Source: Antedon mediterranea (taxonomy: Eukaryota > Animalia > Echinodermata). From it: a DNA stretch of 64,000 nt. Positions 38,815 through 50,969 of the stretch are shown one piece after another; positions within the stretch are counted from its first letter, which is position 1, and every line of letters starts with the position of its first letter. The notes under the pieces were generated by a model, which had not been told where the DNA came from, did not search any database, and saw nothing but the letters and a program-made list of their open reading frames with translations. Position numbers and translations under genes: made by a program. Location of the stretch: the NCBI RefSeq assembly GCF_964355755.1, contig NC_092674.1, forward strand, positions 3,844,001-3,908,000, written 5' to 3'.

Positions 38815-38966
38815 TCACTTTTTGTTTAAAATAAATTGTTTTCGTTGTCTCCTTTTTGGTCTTTTTCGAACTTTCGTGCTACCTCTCTTATTTTTTGGTT
38901 TTGGTTTCACTTTAGAAGCTACATGGCTTAGACCTATATCATTAAGGTCTTGAATAAATTCTTTCG
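38815..38966 (-). pseudogene. C-terminal fragment of an additional DED-cluster paralog
   Basis: Minus strand reads KEFIQDLNDIGLSHVASKVKPKPKNKRGSTKVRKRPKRRQRKQFILNKK*, paralogous to 39020-39180. Confidence 0.7.
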
Positions 38967-40628
38967 TCGCGACGACGTTCCGCAAAATATGCGTTTTGGC
39001 CTAAATTTGGGCCGCAAAACATAAATGTTCTTCTTACGTTTTCGCTGTCTCTTTTTCTGCTTTTTTTTAACTTTAGTGCTACCTCTTGTCTTATTTGCTG
39101 TTATCGGTGCTGCTATCGGTTTAATTTTTGAAGCTACATGGCTTAGACCTATATCTTTAAGGTCTTGAATAAATTCGTTGGCACCATTAGCAAAATCTTT
39201 TGTTTTTTCAAGATGCATAATTAAAGACCATTGATCTGTATACGCTTTCCTTGGTACACAATACAAATCTCCCAACAATTTTGCCTCATCTGGTGAAAGT
39301 ACTTTCCCCATTTCCATCAGTTGTTGTCGATAATCTGAAAATGATGTGATGTCGCCGTCCTCATTTGCATCACTGAGTAGTTGAACGTCCTCTACGAGTC
39401 CACGTGTATCCGTCACTTTGACCATGTCGATTAGTATTTTGTAGTCTGCACGCTTAAGTATACCAGTTTTCGTTAACGCAGCGAACAAGCTTCGTACATC
39501 TTTGTGTTTTTTTGGTTCTGTTGTATCATTGAACAGAAGTTTTAGCATGGTTATTTTATCTCTGCCTTGGTACCATTGTGATGTCTTTGATAACATGGCT
39601 TTAAACTCCTTTGCTAAAAAAGTGAATTAACAAATTGATGTAATAAACCTGTATTAACTAATTGATTGGTTTTACATCACAGGCCTATCGTTTGAAACAG
39701 AACATTATTTGAACATATAGGAGAAACAATTCATAATAATAGGTATTCTAGGTTATTATGATACCTTTAGGTGGTGATCGCCCATCTGGTCTTTTTCCAT
39801 TCAGCTCTGCTAAAACAAAAATACAACGTTATCGTCATACTAAACGTTTGCAATTCAAATGTCAACAGAAATCATTTAAACAAGGCAGCCATCAGGCAAG
39901 CAATCAATCAATAATTATTTTTAATGATGTTTACCTTTTTCTGTTGATGACATCGATTGTGAATGTTGTCTAGTCTCTGCAAGTGATGACAGATTTGCTA
40001 TAATAATAATAAAACAAGTAAAGATTAAAATTGCAGAATTTATGTTCATATTGCAAATGACATTGTTGTTAGAGAACAGATAATAAGTATTATGCACTGT
40101 TGCTTTATACATACCTAGTCTTTCTTTGGCTGATGAGTTGAGATTAGATGCAAACCTTCTTATCTTCACGTCTGTAGAGTCTAGTCGTCCCTGTTTCTCC
40201 AGGTGGAATACCAGATCCCAGATATTATCGAAATCTTTGTGACTTAGTTTGTAGAAATCACGTAATCTGAGCAAATCATCAATTGTCACTGCCATCAGAG
40301 CTTTATGAAATGCTTTCCGGTAAGGTGAAAGTCCATTTCCCCTTTTAGCATCGTTGGTGTACTTGTCTATGACTTGTTTTGCTGATTTCAAATTTGTCAC
40401 TTCGGCAATTTCTGACAGCAGGTTGATTTCGGTGTATTTTATGTCGCCAGACTCATGGAGTTTATCGAACAAATCGAATACAGTGATATCTTTACGGTTT
40501 AACAGTGAAAGGGGTAGATAATCATACAGAAGAAATCTTAACAGTCGAAATTTATCACCTTCATATTCGTCATTAAGATTGTTAAGTAATTCTGTAAAGC
40601 GATCTGCGTTGTCCTGTTCATTTTCCAT
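38934..40628 (-). CDS. Quadruple death-effector-domain-like protein copy D (intact, 4 exons, ~433 aa)
   Basis: Exons 40628-40115, 39997-39935, 39809-39765, 39613-38934, all with phase-1 GT-AG introns, 1302 nt open. DED-like blocks: RFTELLNNL..LLRFLLYDY..FDLFDKLHESGDI..NLLSEI; LSPYRKAF..IWDLVFHLEKQGRL; MLKLLFND..SLFAALTKTGIL..ILIDMV; FSDYRQQLMEMGKVL..SLIMHLEK..LKDIGLSHVASKI. Ends in a basic tail. Confidence 0.85.
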
Positions 40629-40845
40629 TTCTGTTAGAACAATGGAAAGTGATGGTAACTATATCAATTGGTTCGAAAATCTACACATGAGTCATTTATG
40701 ATAGAATTGCCAGTCTTAGAAATGTAATGTTATAAATGAAAATGTACACATTATTTTTATCTTCATGTGATAATCCAGTTTGCAACCTAAAAGTCTTCAG
40801 TTATTATTATAATTGGTCCGGCACTAATATATGACAAATATTACC

Positions 40846-41330
40846 ATTTTTAGTCGCATCCGCGTGCAACGCGACTCTACAGCTCACTATGTCGGTCGGT
40901 TGGTCTGTCGGTCGGTTGGTCGGTAAACACTAACTTCAGCAATGAAAGCAATATTATGTTCAAAATGTAAAACTATACAATTTTATCAAAGTTCTCAAAC
41001 AAAGCACAATCTTATAATGTAATATACCATTTTATCATTATATACCAAATCTCAATTTTTAATACTGAATGTCAATCTTTATATCGTTTTATCTCTGTAA
41101 TATAAATTGTCTGTATACATATTTGTTTTATCTAGATTTAGAACACAATAGCAACATATTTTATATAATCTTTTAACCTCAATCTGTGTAATATCACTTA
41201 AATATTCATTGATAGATAGACATGTATAACCTTTACCATATTGTTTATTTATTGCAATAAAAGTGGGTTGCCCCACAAAAGAGAAAAAAAACTTCAGCAC
41301 GCGACTGCAGCCATTTTTATGACCTTTTTT
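40846..41330 (+). mobile_element. Helentron-associated (DINE-1/HINE-like) non-autonomous element
   Basis: tttttagtcgc...gcgactctacagctcactatgtcggtcggttggtc microsatellite, with 3' gcgactgcagcc..tgaccttttt. Absent from the paralogous region near 32130. A shorter inverted copy lies at 44335-44455. Confidence 0.55.
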
Positions 41331-42137
41331 TATCAGCTGTAGATTAAAAAGCCCTGATAGTAACAAATAAGTACCATTGATAATTTTGTTCTTTCAAAAC
41401 ACTTTTCTGGGTAGTGGACGCGATCGCAACGTTGGCATCCAACTCCCAGCATCCCCCTCCCCCAGTGGTTTATCAATGCACTGATATGTTACTTAGACGA
41501 CATTGAACACACGGAAAAGTCTTTCAGTTTTAGTAATTAACGTCAGACAATTTGTTTTTATTTCGAATCTATAGAAAATGAAAATATATACATAATATTA
41601 ATTTCGGAAGTAAAATATTGAAATATCTGTAATTCTCAAAAAACAGCCATACCAAAAAAACACCATAGACAGAAATTATAGCAGTTTTTTTCATGTATTT
41701 TTCAACAAAATATACATGAATAATAAACACATTTAATAAAATTCTTCTTTTCCTCACTGTTCCTTTTTTCTGCCTAATATGTTTTGTTTCTGCCAAATAT
41801 TTGGTATAAGGTAATATGTTGACAGATCAGTACAGTATGTTTGTGTGTTTTTATTTTTGAATTATCTGAATGATTGTTTAATGAAAATCATTGAGAAAAT
41901 CAATAAGCTAACCTAAAAAGCAATGTACATTTTACAGTAACTACATAATTATAATTGTTATAAAGAGTTTTAAATCATAAGATAAATATTTTATATATTT
42001 AAACAATTATTTATACATAATATTTTCGTGTTATTTACCATACCACCCCCGCATGAGAAATGTCTTTTTCTGAGCCTGATTACGATTCAAAATTGTATAA
42101 TAATTTAACAAAAACTGAACGTGAACTTTCATTCTTC

Positions 42138-43773
42138 TTATCGTTTCCTCTTTTTCGTTCTTCTTGGGATTTTTGTATCATTGCTTCTCTTATTTGTTGT
42201 TATCGGTTTAAGTTTCAAAGCTACATGGTGTAGACCTATATATTTTAGGTATTGAATAATTTCTTTCGCACCATCAGCAAATACATTCTTTGTTTTTTCA
42301 AGATGCATGATTAAAGACCATTGGTCTGTATACGCATTCTGCGGCACTTCATACACATTTCCCACTCGTTTTGCCTCATCTGGTGAAAGTACTTTCCCCA
42401 TTTCCATCAGTGTTTGTCGATAAGGTGTGAATGATGTGATTTTGCCATCTTTGTTTGCATCACTGAGTAGTTTCACATCCTCTACAACTCCACGAGTATC
42501 GGTAACTTTGACCATGTCGATTAGATATTTGTAGTTCCTAACATATATTTTTCGAGACTCCACTAAGGCTTCGAACAAGCTATACACATCACTGTATTCT
42601 GTTGAGGCTTTTACGTCGTTCGTGAACAGCAGTTTGAGCATAGTTAGTTTGTTTCTGTCTTGGTACCACAGTGCTGTCTGGATTAACATGACGTTAAAAT
42701 TCTTGCGGTTTAACTCTAAAGGAAATGGAACAAAAATTATTAAATATAGGCAGCGCATCTGAATTTCCAGGTTGATTAGATTATGACTATTGTATTAATA
42801 ATTTACATATTTAATTTACTACAAATTTTGAAATTTCTTCGCAATGTTATGATTGTAGGAAACAAGTAGTTTCGAATAGAATACCTTTCGGTTCTGATGG
42901 CGCATATACTCCTGTAAACAAAAATACAATGTTATTCAATTTCTAACCGATATAGACACATTTAATACATAAACCACAGAAAATAGGTATGTTTATACTG
43001 ACAAATAAAGCTAAAAAAACAAGCCAAACAGAGTAGAGTAACTCTTGGACTTGATTATTCACAATTTACCTAATTGCTCTACTGATGATGTCGATTGTAA
43101 ATTTTCTCCGGTCTCTGTTAATGTTGACAGATTACCTTAGAAAACAATGTAAATAATAATTATTTTTTATAAAACAATAATGTCTACACATACCGACAGT
43201 TGTTCAATCCCGTTAATTTTTTTTAATATTAAAAAGGAATGAGGTTTTAAACATACTCAATTTGTCTTTTGCTTTTGTGTCGCTGAGAATATCTGCAAAC
43301 TGTTTTATTTTCTCTTTGGTATTGTCTAGCCGTCCCTTTATCTCCAAGTGGAGTACTAGATCCCATTTATCGTAAACGCAACATTTTTTTAGTTTGTAGA
43401 AATATTGTAATTTGCGAAAATCGCCAGGTTGTAATTCCTTTAGAGCTTCAAACAATGCTTTTCGATTAGGTGGAAGTGTTCTTCCCCGTTTGACACCGTT
43501 TTCGTAATCTTTGATGACAAGTTTAGCAGCCGGCACATCTGTCACTTCGGCAATTTCTGATAGAAGGTTTACTTCAGGGTGTTTTATAATGTTTTTCACT
43601 CGAATTTCATTGAATAAATCAAATGCAATAACATCTTTTTCTTTTAACAGTGATTCTTTGAGATAGTCACAAAGAAGAAATCTTAACCATCGAAACTTTT
43701 CACCTCTATATTCGTCACTAAGATTCTTAAGAAATTCTGTATATCGGTCTTTTTCTTCCTGTTGATTTGCCAT
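42138..43773 (-). CDS. Quadruple death-effector-domain-like protein copy E (intact, 4 exons, ~395 aa)
   Basis: Exons 43773-43257, 43135-43070, 42911-42885, 42715-42138, all phase 1, 1188 nt open. Same four DED-like blocks as copy D, ending KIPRRTKKRKR*. A 5' UTR splice acceptor lies just upstream of the ATG (~43787). Confidence 0.85.
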
Positions 43774-44334
43774 GTCAGGTTGGGCCTAACACAAAAAAGC
43801 GATAGAAAATTTAGTGGTTTTTCATTAATTTTTGTGTTACATTATGGTATGTTTTGATCATATAAAATACACATAATCTTTCTGTACACATTGTTTATCG
43901 CCGCGAGGTTTTACCAAGGTAAGATCAGTGGTAACAAGCAGCAACATATTCGTCACACTGACGATCTATGCAAAGATAATTTGCAAAAAAAAAACCGAAA
44001 ATGGAAAACTAAGCGGAAAGTGAGGGAAATGCTTACTTTCCGTAATGGGCTTCGATGGTTGTTTGCATAGGTAAAACACATATTTCGGAGCAAGTCATGA
44101 ATAATTGATAATATTTTCACCAAGATCATCACATTGAATCACGTGTACATAATCTTAATCCTGTTCTTAAGTATCATGCATATAAGACTATGATTATCTT
44201 TCTCCAGTATCTATTGCATAAAAACGAGGAAAATGGAGCCGTAAGAAGAATACATTTCAGGTAAACACCCGTATAGAAATGAAATAGTATGAACAAGAAA
44301 ATATGGACTAAAATACAATAAATACAAGATGATT

Positions 44335-44455
44335 TAACAAGGCCATATACATGACTGCAGTCGCATGCGCAAATTCGAGTTAGTGTTAGTATTAGTTAGT
44401 GTTAGTACCGACCGACATAGTGAGCTATAGAGTCGCGTTTGCACGCGACTAAAAC
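44335..44455 (-). mobile_element. Short inverted copy of the HINE-like element
   Basis: Reverse complement ttttagtcgcgtgcaaacgcgactctatagctcactatgtcggtcggt...gcgactgcagtc...ggccttgtt. Confidence 0.55.
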
Positions 44456-45389
44456 ATTTACTAAACTATAACGGGCTCACATGATTCTACAACAGCACGA
44501 AATAGTAGAATGCGCCTAAAAAATCGTTTGGTACTCTTCCTATATTATATATAATAATATGTCCACTGAAATGTCTGTTCTACATAAAAAGTTCACGATA
44601 AGAATATTTCAAAATTAAGAAAAACATGTTATTGGAATTTAATACCATACACGCAAGATTCTTTTCTCGAAATCACATCATTAGGGTATTTATGATGTCG
44701 CCTTTCAGTAGTTTAAAAGCTATCTTTCTGATCGAAAACAATTATGTTCTTTTTAACATATAACATAAATAATTTTTGTTGTTGATGCTTGTCGTGGTGT
44801 CCCACATAAGGCTCAATGTTTTTCATTTATTTATTTCCACTAAATAACTATTGAAAATTGTCCTGTTTTTATTTTTTACTTCCTCTTCCTCCTGCTATTT
44901 GGACTAGGATAGGCCTACTGAGAACGAAGAGCCATCAGTATAAAGATAGTATGCCTAGGCCTACGTCTCATACACTGTCAGCCTCTAACTAGTAGAGACA
45001 AGGTGAGTCCTCTATTCATTTTTTTTTCGCGTTATGACGACGTCGAAAAATAAGACAGGAACGTTCAACGCTAGAAATCAAATGTTCGCGCTATCGTTAG
45101 CATTTCATTTACCGTTTTGATTACGATCAATCGGGAAATTACCTCACAACAAACGATCGTTGTTGAACTTTTAACGATTAACTACAGTATGATCACCGTC
45201 TACTGACAGGAAAACAGGCTTTAACGTCGAGTAGCGTCGATTGCCGTCGATTATTGCACCTTTTCCTGTAAATCGCCGACGTTTTGTATCGTCAAATAGT
45301 ACCTTTTCATGTAAATCGTTAAAATTTCAATGTTTACGTAGAAGATCGCCGATTATTGTTAAGGATAGCGTCGAATAACGTCGACTGGA

Positions 45390-45645
45390 AGATGTATTGT
45401 CCCCCAAAAACATGAAAAATGAAGATTAATTAAATCAGACTTTGAATTAGTTATTTTGTAGTTTTAATCAAGTTAATCACTTATAAAATGACAACAAATC
45501 CATTTGCTGGCAGCCAATTTGATTATTTTTTTGCTTTAAATTACAGTTTTTTTCTAATTGTTGGTCAAAGTGGATAACTATTATGCGACATTCAAATGGC
45601 ATATTCAAAATTGTAATAATAATTTTTCAGAAGCACAATACATCT
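45390..45645. mobile_element. TIR MITE (agatgtattgtccc family, Kolobok-like)
   Basis: agatgtattgtcccc ... cacaatacatct|ttaa. Related partial copies at ~10160-10413 and ~11993-12100. Confidence 0.55.
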
Positions 45646-47694
45646 TTAAGGGGAGGGGGTTGTTTAAACAAAATATAGAATTCGACAATAAGCGCTCTTT
45701 TTAGAGCATATTTATTGTCCCCGGTCTCTCCTGGTTATAACATTATCTTACATTATCTTATCTTTCGAATATTTTCATTAGGATCGGTGGATTACTGTAA
45801 ATAAAAACAAAATCTTACCTTCGTTCTTTATCCTCTACAATCGAACAGAAAATGACTTTAACCAGCTAATCTTATTAATATTCTTTATGGAGATTGTTGA
45901 TTGTAACTATTGATAAATCAATGTAAAATAATAACAAGAAATCACAATAGCGATCCTTTGTATTAATTATTATTACGTTTTTTAACGTTATAAAAACGTA
46001 ATGCAATTTTCTTTTCTTTTGTTTTTTGTTTTTTTAACTCCTTGTTATTGTATGGAATTGCTCTGTATTCTTTCCTTTTGTCCCTTTTTTTGTTAGTTGA
46101 AGATGTAAACGTTTCACCTATTGGATATTGTGACGTCATCATAATGGCCACCCGAATATAAAATAGGATTTTTTTCTTCGTCATAGCTCATCACATTTAA
46201 TAGAACTTATCCGTATTTCATTTTTACGTAAATTCTAATATTTTCTTGCTCAATTATCTTTCGTATGAGTTATAAATATTTCATTTTTGATGACGTAATC
46301 ATGTCAACAAATTTGAATAACTTGAGTCGGCTAATTTGTATTATTACAGTATATTTTTTATTTTATTTTATTTATTTATTTTTTTTTTTTAAACCAGAAA
46401 CAACAGCAGAAACAAATCCGCCACTTACAGCTTGGTTTCTATCTCTATAGTCATGACTAAAACTTATGGAAGCTCTTGAATTGTAGGTATGAATTTCGTG
46501 TAAACAGTTTGCCTATCGGATTTTATGACGTCATCATATGGCCAGTTGATCGGATTTTCAACTTTTGATAGTTCATAACATTTAAAAGAGCGCTCATCAC
46601 AATTCTCGTATCCGAATTTCTTCAACATTTGAATATGTTGCTTCCCTGTGACGTTTTGATATCACCTACAATAAAATAATATTTTCTTAAGAAATTAGAC
46701 ACCATTGTTTTTTCACAACCTGGCATCTTGAATATGCAAAAGATCTGGCCACTAAAAATTCAGTCACTTACAACTCAGTGTATTTATAATGTTAACTTTG
46801 ACCGATGTGCTTCATACTTTAATATCGTTTGTTCGTTTTTGTTGTTGGGGTTAACCTCTGTATATATGTTTATTACTGTTTCATCATAAAAAGAATTTTC
46901 AAATAAAAAATATCTTGTATCTTTGCATTAAAGATTTACTTAATATCAATAATGTTTAATTTCCCGTCATTGGCGTCCTAGTGTGTATTTACAAATAACT
47001 TCATAACGGCATAAGGTTTTAAAATTCAATTAAGAGAAAGAAATATTTGAAGCTTTCACTTGAAATATTTTGCATTTATTTAACATTTTAGGAGGCCTGC
47101 CACTATGAAAACGAAACAACAGTAAAAAAATCGGTAAGAAGTTTAATAACATTTAAGTCAAAGATATATTTTCACGTTGTTTGGTCGTATTACATTTTTG
47201 TCTTTACTACATTACTGTACTGTAAACTGCCCATATTATGATGATGGACAGGTTTTCTGTTCAGTACTTTCCTTGAATGATTAACAAGGATAAAAGGAGT
47301 AACTACTTATTTATTGATTTGATGACATATAGGTTGACAGATAAATTAATTTTTGTACTGAGATTGTCAAACCCACTCCACCCATCCTAAACAAATACTT
47401 TAAAAATAACTACCTAAAAACACCAAAGCAATGTACAAGCACTTCTTACGTTACAATTAATTCCTAAAGGATGCACTACTTTTATTATGTCAAAAACAAT
47501 GAAAATATTAATAATAATTGATAACAATACATTGGCGTAAGAAGAAGTACATATTGTAATGATATAATTTGCTGTCAAACTTGTAATAGCTTAACTATTT
47601 AAGATTGTGGGAGAGAAACCCGGACACCACCCTTTGTCTGGCTTCATACTTGTTTATTCCAACCTCCAATGCTCAACCCACGTCTTAGGCCTAC

Positions 47695-48517
47695 CTAATC
47701 AGCTCTTATCGTTTTTTTCTTGTCTTACTTTTCGAAACATCTGGACTACAGCTTCACTTATTTGTTGTTATCAGTTTAGAAGCTACATGGTGAAGATTTA
47801 TGTCATTAATGTCTTTAATAATTTCTTCCGCACCATCAGCAAATACATTCTTTGATTTTTCAAGATGCAAGATTAGAGACCACTGGTCTGTATATTCATC
47901 ATCTGGTATGTCATACAGGTATCCCACCTCTTTTGCCTCATCTACTGACATTACTTTCCCCATTTCCATCAGTTGCTGTCGATAAGGTGTGAATGATGTG
48001 ATTTCATCGTCTTTGTTTGCATCACTGAGTAGTTTCACATCCTCTACAACTCCAAGAGTATCTGTCACTTTCACCATGTCGATTAGAACTTTGTAGTTTT
48101 TACGCGTAAGATCTCCACAACCCTTCAAAGCCTTGAGCAAGCTGGATACATCTTTGCGTTCTTCTGCATTTTGTATACTGTCCTTGAACAGCAGTCTCAG
48201 CATATTTATTTTGTCTCTGACTTGTTACCATTTAGCTGTCTTGAATAACATGATCTTGAATTTCTACGTTTTGCATCCTGCACTTTTGTCAATTGGACAA
48301 TTTCTGATAGAAGTTTCACCTCATTATGTTTTATGTGACCTTCCAATTGAATTTCGTTGAATAAATCAAACGCAGTGACATCTTTACGCGTTGGGATATC
48401 TAGATGGTCAAAAAGAAGACATCTTAACCATCGACACTTTTCACCGCTATATACGTGATTAAGTCTGTAGAGGTCTTCTCTAAATCGGTCTTGATTGTTT
48501 TTCAGTACATTTGCCAT
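47695..48517 (-). pseudogene. DED gene copy F (internal deletion, frameshift, nonsense codon)
   Basis: MANVLKNNQDRFREDL..WLRCLLFDHL..FDLFNEI..KLLSEIVQLT is fused out of frame at ~48265 to last-exon sequence FKIMLFKTAKW*QVRDKINMLRLLFKD...FTPYRQQLMEMGK. DED2 and exons 2-3 are missing. Confidence 0.8.
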
Positions 48518-50969
48518 TTCTGTTAAGCCTAACACAATAAAGTACATAATAAACTTCATCAGTTTCTTTAAAAGGCAGGACATATTACTGCCTACTACAC
48601 AGGAGTCACCTACGAAGAGGGAATTGTCATTCATTCTGGTGCATTGGTGCAGGGAGGATACCTCCCTGATTGGATACAAAGACACAATTTCACACCTCAA
48701 AGTACAGGACTAGGTCTGTGGATATAATTGGTAATGGTTAAATGTCACTTCGTTAGCTGACACAGGAGAAGAAAGAACTCTCTTCATTTGAGGCTGCTTC
48801 TCCGCATACGCACAGAATCTTTGCAGAACTTTCTTGCGTTTTCAAAATAATGTCTTAAAATTTAACTACACTCAATATTTACTGTAGGGCCTAGCATATT
48901 TTTTACACAATCAAATTACTTTACACAGCCCTAAGGATTATCTAAGTCAATAATCTGTATTGTCTTTCTTTTTTGTTCTTTCTCACATACAAAAGTCCAA
49001 AAAAAGCTTTCGCTTATCGAGTTTTGGCCTTTAAAATAAATATAACTTAAACTAGAACGTATATCATTTCTGAGAAAGAGGAATCTGAAGAAAGGTAAAA
49101 TTACATAAATGAAAATTAATAACTCACTGGCATTATCAATATGAATATGAAATAAGTAATAGAAGAGTATATACACATTTTTATAGAAAAACTAAGCATC
49201 ATATAATTTTAATAAATGGTCTTTGACTTTGATGGAAAATAGTGTTCTGACTTGGCATTGGTATGTTATTGGTTTGAGATAAAGTCGTACGGCATAAGGG
49301 GATCGAGAGATTAAACGGGTCATTAAATCGAGTGTTAAATGAATGGTTTACTACTTTTGCTGCGAGAATCTTATTACCTTCGTTACTTTCACATCCAAAA
49401 ATAAAAATGGCGCCCGTTAGCTATTTTGAATATTTTGTATCATGGTTATGTATTACGGTCTAACAGGATCATCAGATTGGTATAAATGATACTGACAATA
49501 GTTTTTACAATTTTAAGAAATAACGTGAAACTTACAGTAGGATAATCTTAGTCGAAATTATTAGCTTCCCGTTTTTGTCAAATGCAAAAAAATGTTTGTA
49601 GTCACAGTATCCAAGGATAACTTTTTCGTCCCGAAACAATACAAATATGGCGTCCGATAGCATTTCTGCAGACAGCTATTTGTTCAGGGGGAAAATATCT
49701 TTAACAGACGAAAAACACTATAGTAGTTCTTAGTTGTTAGAAAGAAACGCATTGTTCGATCGGCCAATAGCCTGTTTGAAAATCCTTTAGGCCTACTGTT
49801 TTAGAAGTGAAAACTGGCTATTAGCGTTCTCGAGATTTGAAAGGAAGATATAACTGAATGTACTTTAAACTGTCTCCCTCTTTTTTGGTCATTCCTCCAT
49901 TTTTTTTCTAAATAACTAAAAAAAGATGGACATATAAACAGAAACTAAAATATTGTTTCACCATTGTCCTGTCTTTAGTTTTTACTTTCTTTCAAACTAC
50001 AATTTTTATAACCAAAAAATATTATGCGGTACCTGTAACTTGATTGTCCCACTGAATGTCAGATTGATATGACGATACCGTTAACTGTCACATATACCCT
50101 TCAGTTTTAGGAGAAGGGGGTTGTTTAAAAAAAAAAAAATTTAGATTCGACAATAAGCGCTCTAGAGCCTATTTATTTTCTCTCATAGTTATATACTTAA
50201 TGGTAGATCTAACGCTATCTTATCTTTCGAATATTTCCATTAGGATCGGATAATTACTGTTTCTGTTTACCCGGTCCTTGTGAGAATGCGCCTAAAAAAA
50301 CAATAGTTTGGTTTTCGTCCTATACTAATATTTCCACTGAAATGTCTTTCTTCTCTTTCCTTTCAGTGGTTTAAATGTACAACTTTTTCATTTTAGTTTT
50401 TATGCTTGTTTTGGTGTCCCACACAAGGCTCATGGCTTTTTATTATTTATATCAATGACTTTCTACACTTGTAAACACTAAAATATTATACTTCATATGA
50501 TCAAACATATCAAATTTAATAGTTTTTAATAACGATTTAAAATTTGTCTTTTTTGGTAATTCTTCCTATTTATTTTTTTTTCTCTAAATAACTAAAAAAA
50601 GATGGAAAAGTAAACTGAAACTAAAATATTGTTTCACCATTGCCCTATCTTTTTTTACTTCCTTTCAAACTGTAATTTGTATAAACTCAAAAATATTGTG
50701 CAGAACCTGTAACTTGATTGTCCCACATGATTTGTCAGATTCTAACACTATCTTATCTTTCGAATATTTCCATTAAGATCGGATAATTACTGATAATAAA
50801 ACCAAATCTTACCTTCGTTCTTTATCCTCTACACTCAAACAGAAAGTGACGGTCAAGCTCGTTACCAGGCCAGTTTTATTTTGTTTGCCATTACCATAGA
50901 GACTATTACTGTAAGTCAACTATACAATCTATATGTTGTTATGACTTGAAATTAGGCTACACATAATTG

